Positions 11,501 to 25,332 of a DNA stretch of 64,000 nt are shown piece by piece. Source of the stretch: Vitrella brassicaformis CCMP3155 (Eukaryota; Protista; Chromerida); the NCBI GenBank assembly GCA_001179505.1, contig CDMY01000708.1, forward strand, positions 124,001-188,000. Reading direction: 5' to 3'. How positions within the stretch are numbered: position 1 is the stretch's first letter; the number at the start of each line of letters is the position of its first letter. Below the pieces are notes generated by a model that did not search any database, was not told the origin of the DNA, and saw only the letters and a list, made by a program, of their open reading frames with translations. The position numbers were made by a program, and so were the translations under genes.

Positions 11501-14500
11501 CATTTTCACTGCAGGACTGCCATTCACGAAGCAGCCAACGGAGGGCGCGGCTGACTCTGCAGTAGACAAGCGGAAGGCTCTTCGAATGGGTGAGGGAGAT
11601 TCACACACGCCTCCAACACTGATGGATGATGACTGTGTGCCGGTGGCTCGTTTGTTCATCAGGCGTCTTGATGCTGACCGATGAGAGGCTGAAGATTGCG
11701 CGGGCAAGGAAGACAAGGACGCCCTACAAGGTACGCGAATACGAAAGGAAGCAGCCGTCATGGACAAGTGTTCTGCTTGTGCTTCGCTGCAGCCTTCGAG
11801 GATTCAGTCGGTGGCCGACTCGACGACCCGTCGTCTGAGCATCCAGGTGAGTGCTTAAATACCGCTGCTTGGTTGCTTGATTCATTCATTCGTTCATTAC
11901 ATGATTGATTTATTCGTTGTTGACACTCTCTGGGTGTCTTTGTCCATCAGGTCGGAGCTGTCGGTGCCCATGTGACACAGTCTGTGATCCGCTTCTCGCG
12001 CTACCTCACGTCCCGCGGTGGGTCTGACGTGACGGATAAGCACCATCGGGAGGAGGCCGAGACGTTGCACGAGCATGAGAGCGACAAGAGCCCGCATGGA
12101 GCAGCAATGGGTGACTCCCTGCCCAGGGCAGTGGAGGGCGGCAGGGAAACAGAGGAGGTCGCCAGCACGTGGGACACGTCGATTGACACGAGTGACACTC
12201 GACTGCGGTGGGAGCTGCCTCCGACGGCTGACATTTTTGGCGGTAAAGCGTGAAAGAAACATATGCTGTTCTGCAAGACGCATCGTTGTGGCTTCGGATG
12301 TGAAATCAGGTGTCGATGAAGACACGCACGTTCTCACACTCGACATACAGCCGACACGGTGTGCGAGGGCGTGACCAAATCCGTACAACCATCGTTAGTC
12401 TAGCTGCATCTGTGTGCGCGCATGCAGGTTCTCTATGCAGACTCTGCCCGTTCTGACGGAGACAGGACTGCTTCCAACGCTCTTGACGGACATCTCTGTG
12501 TTCGTGCCAGCCTTGGGTACACCGAGCGCCGTTGCGGTCAATGTGTCAGCCGCGATGAACGGCCAATCCGGTGAAGAAGCGCATGCCCCGTTCCAAGAGG
12601 CGATGGACTCCACGACGGCTGCCACACTTCTGCGGGAGGGGGCATCCGCGGGGCTGAACGTCGGAGTGGCGTGCCAGGAGGTCCGCGTTGGCGCAATGAT
12701 GGGCCAAGTGGCGATCAGGAGAGAGAGGGACGGAGAGGAAAGCGATCGGTCGGGCGTGCTGCACTTGGCACCTTCATTCTCCTACTACAGACAGGCGTGT
12801 AGATAAAAGGGGACTTGGGCTCGCGCTGGCGTCACTCTCTGTCTCTGTTCGTTGCAGTTTGAGGATCGCCTGGCCCAACCGATGGTGACTTCAACGGAGG
12901 ACGTTGAGGAAGAGGGTGTCCCGCCAGTCCGAAGCCGCGAGATTCATGTCGTGGTCCCATCGTGCAAGTCACGGATATCGGCCCGCGAGCTCAAAGAGAT
13001 CCTTGGCCTCGTCGAGAGCGTCAGAAATCCAAGACCCATGCGGCCGCAGGCGATTGTCTCACCAGCCGCTCTGCCGAGGAAGTTCGAGCCGGCTTCGAGG
13101 CGGTTTCGGGAGCTGACCGTATCAACAGCCGGCACCGCCCTGTCAACCCATGCGGAGGTTGACTCTGAGTTGGAGTCGTCTGCAGGCTCTAGCGACCGAC
13201 GGTCGGCTTCTTCGCATGTGGAACTCGTGCTGGAGTCGATTGCACTGCATGGGCAGTCTGTCAGCTATGTGCTCCCCGAGGACATGTGTCGCTTGCCTGA
13301 GGAAGAGCCCGCTGGCAAGGGGCTGCCGTCTCCAGCAGGTGGAAAACTGGGCGATCCATCCGCCGCGACGGAGTCCAACAAGCGGCTGCTGTCCCACGAA
13401 GGGAGGGCCTTCGCATGGCCATTCAGCGAGCTCTTTGTTGACGAGGAAGAGAAAGGCGCAGCACATGGGTCACCACAGCCGGTCGTCTTCAGCAGCTCGT
13501 CGACGGCACCGAAGCCCGAGGTCACGACGGTTGTGCTTGCTCTCGACGTCAGGCACTGTCAAGCTTTTCTGCATCTGTCAAGCGACGCCAGGATACCTGT
13601 CTTCGAGGCCCGCGAGGAGCGGCCGATGTTCACCAGTTTGTTGCAACTTGCCTTTCGCAGTTGTGAGGGTCAGCCGGTGGACGATGCATCGATCGAGGAC
13701 TCCGTCTGCCCATCACGGGGCCCTTCACTATCCCAATCCCTGCCTTACCTGTCGGGCCTGACGCTTCTGCATCTGCCGCCCAAGCTACGGCTGCCGGCCG
13801 ACGTCCAGCGCAGCCTGCCTGGGATCTTGACGAAGCGAGTCGCCTTCTGGCGGTCCTTTCGCTACCCACTTGCACACCTGGCTCTGGCCCCAACCTCGCT
13901 TCACCTGACCCCGCAAGTCTTCAGCTCTGGTGTTGCCATGGTGTCGGCGTGGAAGTCCCCCAACAGGTCTCTGTCTGCAACTGGGGGAGCACGCCATGAT
14001 CATCATCTTTTCCGGCATTCGATGCCCGTGCATCGCGGTGTTCCTTCCGATCCTGGTCAACGCGATGAAAGAGCTGTACTCAGCCCATCTCGATCGAAGG
14101 CACATCACTCCTTGGGCGGCTCGCCGGCGCTGGATGCTCATTCAGATGACGAGAGGCGGTCAGCACTGTCAGAAGACACTGGCTCTGAGGAAGATGAAGT
14201 GGGCTTGCCATCTGGAGGTGGAAGATTCGACCTCCGAGGACAGCAGTGTGATTCAGCCGGGCAAAGTGCGCCTTCGCCCGTGACGTACGTCCTGCCGCGG
14301 GCAATGCTGGACCAGCCGTGGGATGTGCAGATCGACCCGATGCTCGTGTACATATCAGAGCCTGACAAGACGGTGGAGTACCGGCAGCTCGCTGAGGCAG
14401 CCATGCCCTCCATTGATTGGAAGGGAGAGGCAGCCGCGCTCAAGGGATTCGATGTCACCATCGTCGAGTCGGATGCGGCTCAAGACGTCTTCAAGCGGCA

Positions 14501-17500
14501 TACTTGCCTGTCTGTCTGCGAGGTCTCGATCGTCAGCAACGTCATCGGCATCGGCGAGAGTGTTTCGAACCCGTTGGTGGCCCGGACGCCCTCTCGACAC
14601 ACCTCGAGGCCGACGCCGCCTCCGTCCGTCCGCATTGAGGTCGATGCAGCGCCAGTGACCGCACGAGTCCACGCCAGCGACTACGCGAGGCTCTGCAGCT
14701 GGACCAGGGCGGTATCAGGGGCCGTTGCGGCAGCGACGAAAGGTCACGATGCTTTGCAGCCTGCGAGGCCAGATGCTGTCATTCCCAGGAGTCCCCTGGT
14801 GCACGTGCAGCATGGCAGTCAGCATCCTCCCCTACTTCCCGAGGGCGTGTTACGCCATTGGGACGGCGAGAGCGGGCAGCAGACCACTGTGGACAGCACG
14901 ACAAGAGTCTTGCCTGGCAAGGCCCACGTGACACCAGGTCTCCACAACTACGCCTGGGACAAGAAGCGTCAGGCCTCCCCCACGCCCCCACTCATCTCTG
15001 GCATCGCGCTGCACTTCGGCCTCAGCTTTGACGCAGAGTTCTTCTCCCCCACCAGCGCACCAGACACCCACGCAGAGGGAGCAACGACTGGTTACACACT
15101 GAGTGCCAAGGTCCCCGCCTTCTTCGGTGCATATCGGTGGACATCCGGTGCAACGGGTCGGAAGCCGACTTGGCAGCGCAGGGGTGGTCGTGCTTGGCAG
15201 CAGAAGAATATGCAGCTCAGGGTTGGGAAGCCCGCTGTCACCATCACATCCGTGGACATTCCCCGCAGCCGCGAGCCCGTCATGCGATCGAGTGCCGTGG
15301 ACGTCGTGGAGTGGGCGGAAGAGGAGGTGCTTGGCGAGCTCGCGACCCCGGGAACCACGCCCACCCAGGCAGACAGAACCCCCGACCACCCAGCTTCGGA
15401 CGAGCCTCAGCGGTGGTGGCTTGCTCTCAATGGGACCGGTCGTGTGGTGCCAGCGGGCGACAAGAGTACTCAGCCAGATGAAGGGGAGGTGCCGGGCACC
15501 GTGAAGTGGTCGTGGTCGCTGCAGACACTTCCCTTGGGCGTGTGCTTCTGTGCGCTGGAGCTCTGCACGTGGCTCGCAGCCTTTCTGTCGGCCCACGGTC
15601 ATGGCCAGGGGAGCAAGGAGTCCAAGTCCACCCTGCAAAGCGCCGTGGACCAGAGCAACGACACGTCATCTACTGTGTCAGTCAGCTGCGGAGCGGTCAC
15701 CCTTCGCATCCCCTTTCGCTACATGCAGACCTCTCATCCGTCCTTTAGCGACTTCCTCAAGCAGCAGGGCAGCTCCGACGTGGCGCATCTGTCGGTCAGC
15801 TTCTCGAACGCAATGTGGCAGACTGTCCCACAGCTGTCCGGCACAGATGAGTCTTGTGCCAAGGGAGGGCTGTGTCTGTCGGCGTCCCTGTTCGGCACAG
15901 GGGGATGCAGAGAGGCTGAAGATCTCATCCCCCCGACGGCTGTGGATGCGTCACAAGACGCATCTGGGACCGTCGTCACGGTGGGACAGATAGCTGTGGA
16001 CCTGCGGGACGAGATCCACATCTATCATGTTCTCAGCTGCATCCACGAGATCCTCTCGTGCCTCGCCATCCTCCCAAGCAGCAGCGGCAGCCGGTCGGGA
16101 CACTCTGCAGGAGAAGTGGACGCTGCGTCATCTTTGTCTCTGGTGTTCGAGTCACTGACACTTCTGCTACCCAGCCCCACACACTTGTCACCTACCTCGG
16201 CAGCGCTGCCGGAACGCCACACGAGCGTCCATGGGACCCGCATGTGCTTTCGAAAGGAGTCGCGGCCGTCCAGGAGAGATCTGCTGTCAGTGTCGGCAGC
16301 TCAGCTCGATGCAAAGCTGGGAGATACGCAGGTCTTCAGCGTCATGCAGCGGCAAACACAGAGCGACGCCGAAGGGGAGCTGGCAGCCGCCCTTCTAGTC
16401 GAGGCAGATGGAGAGAAAGGTGGCGTGTGTGTTCGCGTTGACCGCGTGAGGGGTACGAGCATCTGGGGTCGGCTCTTCGATGATATCTTTTCCTTCCTCT
16501 TCCCTGATGTTTGGAAGGCTCTATCCCCTTCCAAACGGAGACCACTGGATGAAGGTGTTGAGATAGCAGCAGCAGTCGTCACGGAGCCGATGGAGGGCGA
16601 GGCTGCTCCAACGGTGATCACCGTCACGTTCAACTCAGCCGAGCTCACTCTTGCGCCCTCGAAAGACGACCCGCGGCGGCTCATCGGATGGGCTGAGGAT
16701 CTATCGGCGCACTACTCTACGTATGAAGTGACGCCGCCAACCCACTGCTTCAGAGGGCTCCTGGGTGCCCTGGAATTATACAGCTGCTCGACTGACAGCA
16801 GCGGCTTCCGGTTCAGAGTCGACCAGTCGCCACCAGCAGGACTGATCCTTGATGACGTGATCGTGCCCCTGAGACGCTCGAACATCAACCTGTCAGCTGG
16901 TGCTGTTGCCGTCGCCTGTCTAGAGCCCCATTCTGAGCCGTCCTCATTGCTGTCCCCATGCGAAGCGCAGCTTCGGGTTGCCATTCTGTCTGGTGCATCA
17001 CGTCCACTGCCTGGCACCGGTGGCTGCCACACCCCGGCTCTGTCGGTCACAGAGGTCCATGTGTCCTTGTCCGAAGTCCACAGCGTCGCCAACCTGTCCA
17101 AGCTGAGGCTAGTCATGGACGTCTTTGCGGCGAAAGAGAACGAGAACGCCACTGCTCCGACCTGCATCGCCACTTCACGTGCAAGCACGGGTGGTCTGGC
17201 CGAGACTCAGCAACGACAGGAGGGCCATCATTTGTCTGATGAGGGCTGGTCCTGTCAGGACATCTATGCTGTTGTGGTCCCTTACAGCCTCTCGGTGCCT
17301 GGCCAGTCTGCGCGGAACGGGAGCCGGCGGGGGACCTCGGCGACGGCCGACCTGCAGCGGTCCATCCGCCTCACCCCGATCGGAGCAGCGTTCGACCCTC
17401 AGCAGAGTGAGTTCACCATCGGCCTTGAGCCCCTGCAGACAACTTACCCCTGCTTTCGGCCGGACCCTGAAGCGTCGGAGGAGTCGAAGTCGCCGGGCTA

Positions 17501-20500
17501 CTGGAGCTGCGTCGTCTGCCTTGATCGCTTCGTCCACCTCGCCAGACTTGGTGTGACGGTCACGTCTGCCTCCACGCCCTCCATTGAAACGCCATCCCGA
17601 TACGACGCTGTCAGCCCGACCCCTTGGAGCCCTGGGCCTGACACCGACTCATCGGAGCCGCCATCGGCTGGCGTTTCTCCCGTCCCGCATCAGCTTGATG
17701 CATGGAACGACACTTCGTTCAAGATGCAGACGGCTGGGACGGCACCAGCAACGGAGAAGATGGCCGACGAGGGCGCGGCAACCGCGTCTGAGAAGTCGCG
17801 GGACAGCGCACGGCGGCGTTCATCCCGTCCAAGCTTCCACCCGAGTGTGCTTGCGATTCCGGAGAGAGCGGTGTCGGTGCGCGCGCTTGATGAGGCCACA
17901 GGGACTTTTGTGGACGTCCCCCCCGGCCTCCCTCGGCGTTCCGTTTCGTCGTTGCCCGTTTATCGGACATTCTTGCTTCATGTCCGCATTGATAACAGCA
18001 ATGAGGCTCTCCCGCTTCTTCGTGGCCTGACGGGCTCGCGGCCAACGGTGCAGCTCATCATTTTGGCGGCCCTTCCCCTCTATCGCAGCGTGATGCCCAC
18101 GACAAAGGACATCGCACGTCAGATCATCGTGAGGATGACATCGCAATCGCTCTCTTGCACGGCTCCCCAACCGCGGCAGCTGTGCCCGACCGCCTTCCCC
18201 GTTATCGATGAGGACCCCCTCACGCACACGAGTGTCGACGGAATGCGGCTGTCTGTGTTTCTTGGCGCTCCCGGGATGACGGTCAGCCTTCAGGCGGAGT
18301 CGGTGCAGCTGGATGTGTTCGACACGTCCACACTGCAGCTCGTGCCGATACTTCAACCTTCGGCGAGTACCCTCGTTTATCGCACCGTCAAGACGGCTGC
18401 TGCCGGCTCTCCCGCTCAGCCCATACCTCTTTGGGGTGGCACTGCTGGCTGCAGCCTCGTCAAGGTTTCGTTTCCCAAGGAGACCCATGTCAGTCTGGAT
18501 CCGTCGCGAGTGGCGAGGACGCTGCAGGCGTGTCGAGCCTACGCCAACATCTTGTCTTTCGACCCGCTGATGCAGCCCGATTTCGGCTCCATGGCACGTC
18601 CCTACCTACCAGTGACAGTCAGGAATGGGCTCCCTGTAGGTGTCTTCTTCCGGCAATCGGGCACTGACGATGTAGCCTTCGTCTCGTCAGGATCTGAAGC
18701 CATTCACATCTGGCGCCTGTGGCTTCCTGAGGGACAGCAGACAGCGTCGCCATCGCCGTCATTCTTCGTCGAGGGCTTCTCTCTGGTCTTCGCTCTCGAT
18801 GCGGCCGGGCCGTGGTCACAAGCTGTGTTTGTGGAGAAGGTCGGGGCATCAGACCAAGAGCAGGGCAGCAGCGAAAGCCAGTGGATGGGTATGCAGCTAC
18901 CTGTGATGACCCAACAGGATGTTCTCTCCAGTCTTGCAGCCCCAACCGCGTCGCCCACGCCACATGACGACGAGAGGTTTTCCCCTCCCCATCCTGGCTT
19001 CGCCGTGTGTCTGCACATCAAGCGCGTGTCGGCCTTCACTGTCGAGTGCTGCCTCTACCCTCCTGTCATACTCGTCAATCGCCTGATGGGTGTCAGCCTC
19101 CGCTTCATGCTGCAAACGTCGGCGGCCGACAGGCAGCAGAGTCGCCAGTCGACCAAGGCACCCCCGTACTCTTCTCAGCTCCCAAGAGCGGCAGGTGGGC
19201 GACTGGCGACGCGGGCGCCGGAGGAGGGGGATCCCGGGGCCGGCGAATGCGGCACCAACACAGTCGTTCAGGAGTTGCTTGGGGTATGCTTCGAAATGGC
19301 AACAAAAGGCACGGCGCGCGGGACCGAGAACAGTCTGTGCAACGGGGAGCTGTATGAGGGCATTCCTGTCGGCATCTTGCTGCCAGACAACACGACGACA
19401 TCGGCCACCTTCAATGCAGTCAAGGCCTCATCTTCTGGGCAGCGATCTCGGGCGTCATCCGTGGTACCATCTGATGCGGCAAACGTCCTGCCCTCGGGCT
19501 CTCTCACTTCGATGGAAGCATGGTCCGAACGAGTCGTCGTCTCGCGTGGCACTACCATGCAGGCTTCGAGTGAGCTTCTCGTCCCCTTCTCCAGAGCCGT
19601 CTCGCCGACCTCCCACCCGCCGATCTTCGCAGTGACAAGAGCATGCCGGTACCGGAGTGCCGAGGTCGGTGCTGCTGGTGCTGCTGGCAGTGAGAAGGAG
19701 GAGGCCCGTGACGTCCCGACCATCGTGAGCGTCGAGCCAGCGTTGCGGGTCGAGAATCGGAGCCCTCTGCCGGTGTGCATCGACGTCAGTGGATTCAGGA
19801 CGATAACCATGCCACCATGGAGCCTCACACAGGTAACTACGGGACACCTTAGGGAGAAGGAATACTGCAGGCGCTATAGTTGTCGGCGATGGTGCCGATC
19901 TCTGTCTGCTTGCTGTATGTTCCAGATTGGTGATCTTGACCCGCGAGCAGAGTCGAGTGTCTCCCTACGGCTGTATGCCTTTGCCCCCCTCTGGCCACAC
20001 GACATCAGAGCACCCATTCCGTCTGTCTTTTACAAGCCAACGTGTCCTGTGCCCACTGGCGGCGTGGTGGATGCAGGCCAGGAGCGAGCTGAGATGGACA
20101 TCGCAGACACAGTGCTGCTGGCGAGCGACCAGCCGCTGACAGTGGGGCTTGATCAGCACCTAACAAGGCAGGGTCAAGAGGGCGCAACCATGGCAGACGC
20201 AAGCGTCGTTCATCTGGCGCCGCTACGCATGTCGGAAACCTCCAAGGATGACAAGGGCAACGATACTGATGTGGCAGAGGCCACTTTGGTCCCAACCATC
20301 GAGCTGGCTCGTCACCCAATTTCCGGGCACATCTCGACCAGCGTGAGCTTCCACTGCCTGTGGCAAGTCGAGAACCTCACTGGCCTGGCCATCCATCTAT
20401 GCGGAATCAACGGGAGGTGTTGTGTCATCCCGCCGTCACAGCAGCCACTCGACAGCCCATTCCTGGGACTTTTCCACGACCAGGCGACATCGTCGTTGAG

Positions 20501-23500
20501 GGCTTTCTTCGGCGTTGAGATCGGGGACTCACCGGATCGACAAGTGTGGACGCACTCCATCCAAACGTGCCCCGCGAATGCGACAATGCGAGTGTACATC
20601 CCTGTGGAGGCTGCCAATCTGGCGTCCCAGACCAGGGATGAAGGCAGGGCCTCCATACCCGCCGTGGACGCACCTGCACTCTGCATCGTCCTCATCGTCA
20701 CCGTCAGCCGCTCTTTGGATCGCATCAGGGTCTCGTTGCGGGCTCCCCTCTACTTCCGGAACACAACGAGCTCATCCCTCGCGTGCTACCCATGCGCTTC
20801 TGAAGCAGACCCGGCGGCTGATCCGATGCTTCACCTGCTACACGAGGGCCCTGGGGGAGAGGGCTTGCAGGAATCGCTGTTTCTGCCCTCCCTGTTGCCC
20901 TTCCGAAGCCTTTCGGTCAGCACAGGCGGCCTGGAGCTGCCCTTTTGTGTTGCTGGGTCAGATCAGAAAGACAGCGATGCCTCTCTTCCCTGGTGCCTGA
21001 TGACCGGCTGTCTGGCGGCTGTGCTGCACTATCTCTGTGTGACGATGTGCCACCATCACGGCAAGCTGCCGACAGAGGAGGAACTGCGCGGTGTGTCGGG
21101 GGCAGAGCAGAGGGGCATCATCGACGGTGACGAAGAGGAAAGGGAGGCTAGCAGCAGCCTGCCGAGGGACCTCGCGAGGATGATTGGGCTGTGCGTGGCT
21201 GACGTCGCCGTCGTCCCCCAGGGTGAAGGCCACCTGCTGTGTGGAGGGTGGGCCGACCCACTGGATCTGCAATTGAGGAAGGACTCGGTGTTTGGGGGAG
21301 CAGTGGAGGCCTCGCGACGTGGCGACTGGATCGCCGGCGGCATCAAGCGGGATGTCCTGCTCGGATGCGGACCTGTCATGCATGAATCTGCGTCCAGTGG
21401 CTGTGGTCTTTTGTCGCCTTTCCTTCTCAACGTCGCCTACGGCCTTCAAGCGGCGACAGGCAGCCTGTACATCGACCTCCTGCCCTCAACTCGACCGCCC
21501 ATCATGGCTGTGAACCGCACGCCATTCCATCTGGCCCTGTCCCTGCCACTCTCGTGCCACCCGTCGTCACGATTCGCTGCCCCTCCCCGCGGGTGTGCTG
21601 TGTCACCCCTCACACCAGCAGTGCCAATGACCCCCTTTCTGCTCGCGCCGAGCGCCACGGGGCACTTCCCCTGCCCCGCACTGCGTAGCTTCCAGGTGTT
21701 CACTTCCCAGTCGTCTCTCGGCTGGCAGGCGCCCTCCCATTCATCAGTGCCCGGCAGACGGCAGACCAGAGACAACACCATGGCGGAGCGGGATGAGTCC
21801 CCGACCGACCATGACGTGTCGGCGGATTTGCCGTCCCCTCGGGATGGGGCGGCAAGCGGGTTTGCGGACGAGCGGCAGTCAGCAGGAGCGTATGGTGAGG
21901 GCCTGCGTGTCAACCCAACCGTCCGATCGCACCTGGGCATCCGCATCTGTGCGCTGGGGCTCCCGCCGCATGGGTCAGGCCGCTTCCGCAGCGGCACCAC
22001 GAGCTCGGAGGTGGTCGGCAACTGGTCCCCATACATCTACCTGCGATCCACACAGCTTCCATCCGCCGCTGACCCAGCAGGTGCCAGCAGCCGCATTCTG
22101 GTGGCCAATTCCCATGCAGCCGCCGATGACGAGCCCAGCGCCGGCTGCATCAACGTGACTGTGGTGTACCAGGCCGCCACTTGCCTGCTCGTGTGCGAGT
22201 ATGTCCCCCTGCCGCCCAAGCTGGTATGGGACGTGGCGGCCTTTGCAGCGGGGCAAACGCGGCAGAACAGTCAGAGGACACTGTCGCGGGCGTCGAGTGT
22301 GTCGTCTCAGCGGTCGGACAGCTACGAGGAGCTGCCAGACTTTGACGAGACGATTTCTCCTGAGGAGCGGCTCTCACTCTTCGTGAAGGAGAAGAGAAGA
22401 CACAAGGTTGCGGAGAGGGCTGACAGCCTTCTTGACCCATTGTCGCCCACTCATCATCCAACTGAGGATGCTGCTGCTGGTGGTGGTGTTGAAGAGGGTC
22501 TGGGGAGCATGGAGAGGACATTCCAGCTGCGTCTCGATGCCGCTGACCTGGTCCTGCACCTGCTGCGCGAGAACCAGAGGGAAGAAGGTCACCTTACAGT
22601 CCACGCGACGGTACGTGTGCACGTGTGTAGGGAAGCAGCAGCAGCAGCAACGCAGATGTCGTTCGTGCCTGTTTTCAGGACCTGTGTTACATTCTGTCGA
22701 GCGAGAGGAGTTCACATGCTTTCGACGGCCTCAGCGGAACAAGAGGCCTTGATGGGACGCAGCGAGGGCAGAAGCTGCAGCGAGCGATGCATCACGTCGA
22801 ATGCGGCAGACTAGGGGTAGTGCACACAAACCCACGCCCGTGGCTCATCCATTTTGATAAACAACTGTGGTTGGTGCGTGCAGGTCATGAACATGAGTGT
22901 GCAGCCAGCCCCTCCCCGTGACTTCGGCCTGGTGCTGTCGACTCCCCGCATAGCCCTCCGGCTCTCTGTCATCAGCGCCCCACTGCCCATATCGTCCTAC
23001 ATCGAGAGCTGCCGCGTGGAGATCACGGGCCTGCAGCGAGCCATCCTGTGGACCCCGTGGGCAGCCAACACACCAACTACGCTAGCCACTGGCGACTCAA
23101 CGGGGGAAGAAAAGAGCCCGACCAACAAGGGCGGCAAGAGGGCTGCTGGTGGTGGTGGTGGGGTGACGCCATCAAACACGCCGTCGATCATCATCCGCAT
23201 CGAGCAATCATTCGTCCATGCCATCGTCAGATTTGTCCACGACTGCCAGAGGTACGTCTCTGCGGAGGTTTTGGCGGCGCCATCGGCTGTGAGCCCCCAG
23301 GACGGCGATGAGGCCTCCCACCTGCGGCACCCTGTATCTTTGGAGTCCGTGGCGCGTGTGTTCCAGTACATGACGGTGAAGCACCTGTCGGTGTGCCAGC
23401 TGCCGGTGAGGATCTCGCTGCGCCTCGCCCACCCTGTGTTCGTCTCCGTGTCGGACCTGTCCCTCGTCTACCCCCGTTTCGAGCTCTTCGACGTCGTCAC

Positions 23501-24816
23501 GCCACCAGCAGTCTTCGCCAAGGAGCTGCTCGCACACTTCCTGGCCTTCTCCATCCTCGAGTCGCCCGCTGTGCTGGGCTCGTTGGACTTCCTGGGCAAC
23601 CCCAAACAGGCCTACTTGCACGTGCAGAGGGGCGTGGTTGACCTGCTGGCCAATCCGCTGGGGTACTCTGGCCTCCGGTCCTTTGTGTCCCACGTGTCGT
23701 CCGCCTCTCTCTCAGCCGTCGCGGCCGTGGCCGAGTCAGTGCGGATGAACCTGCCGATGACCACACAGGCGCAGGAGGAGGCCGAGAAACAGAGGCTCGC
23801 ACACATGAGCACGCTCATGCGGGACCTGCTTGATGCGGACACTGAAGCTGGGAACGGGTCGCAATCGTCGACATCGACGGAAGGCATCTTTTCACTAGTC
23901 GGCCGCAAGCTGGTGGAAGCCGTCACGAGACCCATCAGCGGCGCTCTGGACGTCGTGTCATCCGTTTCCCGCAGCTACGCAACGCCGCTTGAGGGAGACC
24001 TGGACGAGAGGCAGCACCCTCTTACCTGTGCACTTTGTCGAGGCCCGGAGGGGCTCCGGAGCCCCTCGCCGTGGAGCCCCCCTCCCTTCAGCCCCGCCCT
24101 GCTCCAGCTGGTGCTCAACAGACATGCCGACGCCTTGCAGCAGACACCGCCGCAGCCCTTCCAGGAGTGCTTTGCCTTCGGCGGCCTCACGTCGCCGTCT
24201 GCCTCGCAGCTCGACTGGAGGGCAGGGTGTCTGGTGAGGTGGACAGCTGAGGCGCTGCTGCTGTCTGTCAGCACGGTGCCAGCTGCTGGCGTGGCGGCGA
24301 CGCCCCGCATTCCGGTCCCGTCGCCTTCAGAGAGTCCCTCCCGTCCTGTGCGGGTGGTGCTGGCGCTAACTTCCACACACGTGAGGAACAAAGAAGAGGA
24401 GTGCACTCGGTCACAGCCACCGTGCATGTCTTGCCTGTGTGCAGGTCCACATTCTTCATCCGCCAGCGGAGCCCTCCCTCCCCCCCGCCACCCCTTCCCC
24501 GCCCGTCGTCCCATCCGCCTCTGCGCAGCCACCACCAATGCCGCCCAAGAGGCGTCGGCTGGTGCCTCCACGCATCACCTCCCTGCCGCTCGCCACGACG
24601 GCCATAGTGGAGGGCGGCGAGAGGGCCGCGCATATGACACAGGTGGTGCGGCCGTCCCCTGCCTTGAGGCACCTGCTGGTGCTGCACGAGGAGACATCCA
24701 GCACGCGATTCCACCTACACTTGAGGCGGCGAGATCAGCTGGCCGGCGACATTGACAGGGTCAGGAGGATCGCTGCCAGCACGCGGAAGGGCGACTGGTC
24801 CAGTCGTTGTGAATGA
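8558..24816 (+). CDS. VPS13B: VPS13-family bridge-like lipid transfer protein, VPS13B/COH1-like
   Basis: Chorein-N assembled from exons: MEHILSRLILSYASRYLHRDFTTDKISL|RWEGNIVLNQLELKLDVLA..|GVIRELRISIPWNAI..|LLTAVVANAVVEVKNLVIRYVQDEVV. LELKLDVL and the NLI/V-x-YV-x-D motif are VPS13B-like. Long ORF at 12852-22814. C-terminal VPS13 motif LGSLDFLGNP..GVVDLLANP. Probable stop at 24814-24816. Confidence 0.85.
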
Positions 24817-25332
24817 GGAAAGGAGCACCTGTCTGTGTGTTAGGCGTCATGTCGGTGTTTTCTGGCTGTTTTATGAGGCCGGTAATTCGCAGACAGACAT
24901 TTATTTGTGTCTGGGTCTCTTTGTCAGTCGGCCTCTTGGGGCGTATGTGCTGACTGAATGGACGTTTTGTTCTTTTGCAAAAGCCCGGTCGCGAACTTCA
25001 CCACTGAGTGGTGAAGTTCGGTCGCAATGTGACGTTGAGCGAGTGAGGCGAGGCGACAGATGAATGAGATGTGGTGTTGTGTACAGTGCTTGTCTGTCTA
25101 TGCAGTCAGTGTCAATATTCAATCAGCTATATCGCAGATAATTACAGTAATGTCAGACACACGTGCCACACGCACCTCTCTGTCACTGCACTCCTGCCTG
25201 ATCGGGTCATCCAAAAAACAATGGCCCCTGCTGCTGTACAAGCCCTCCTACCAAGCCTCCCTCCCGTCACCCCTCGCTCATTCATCTCGGCATTTCCTGT
25301 CTGTCACTCATCATATCCCCTCATTGATTCAT

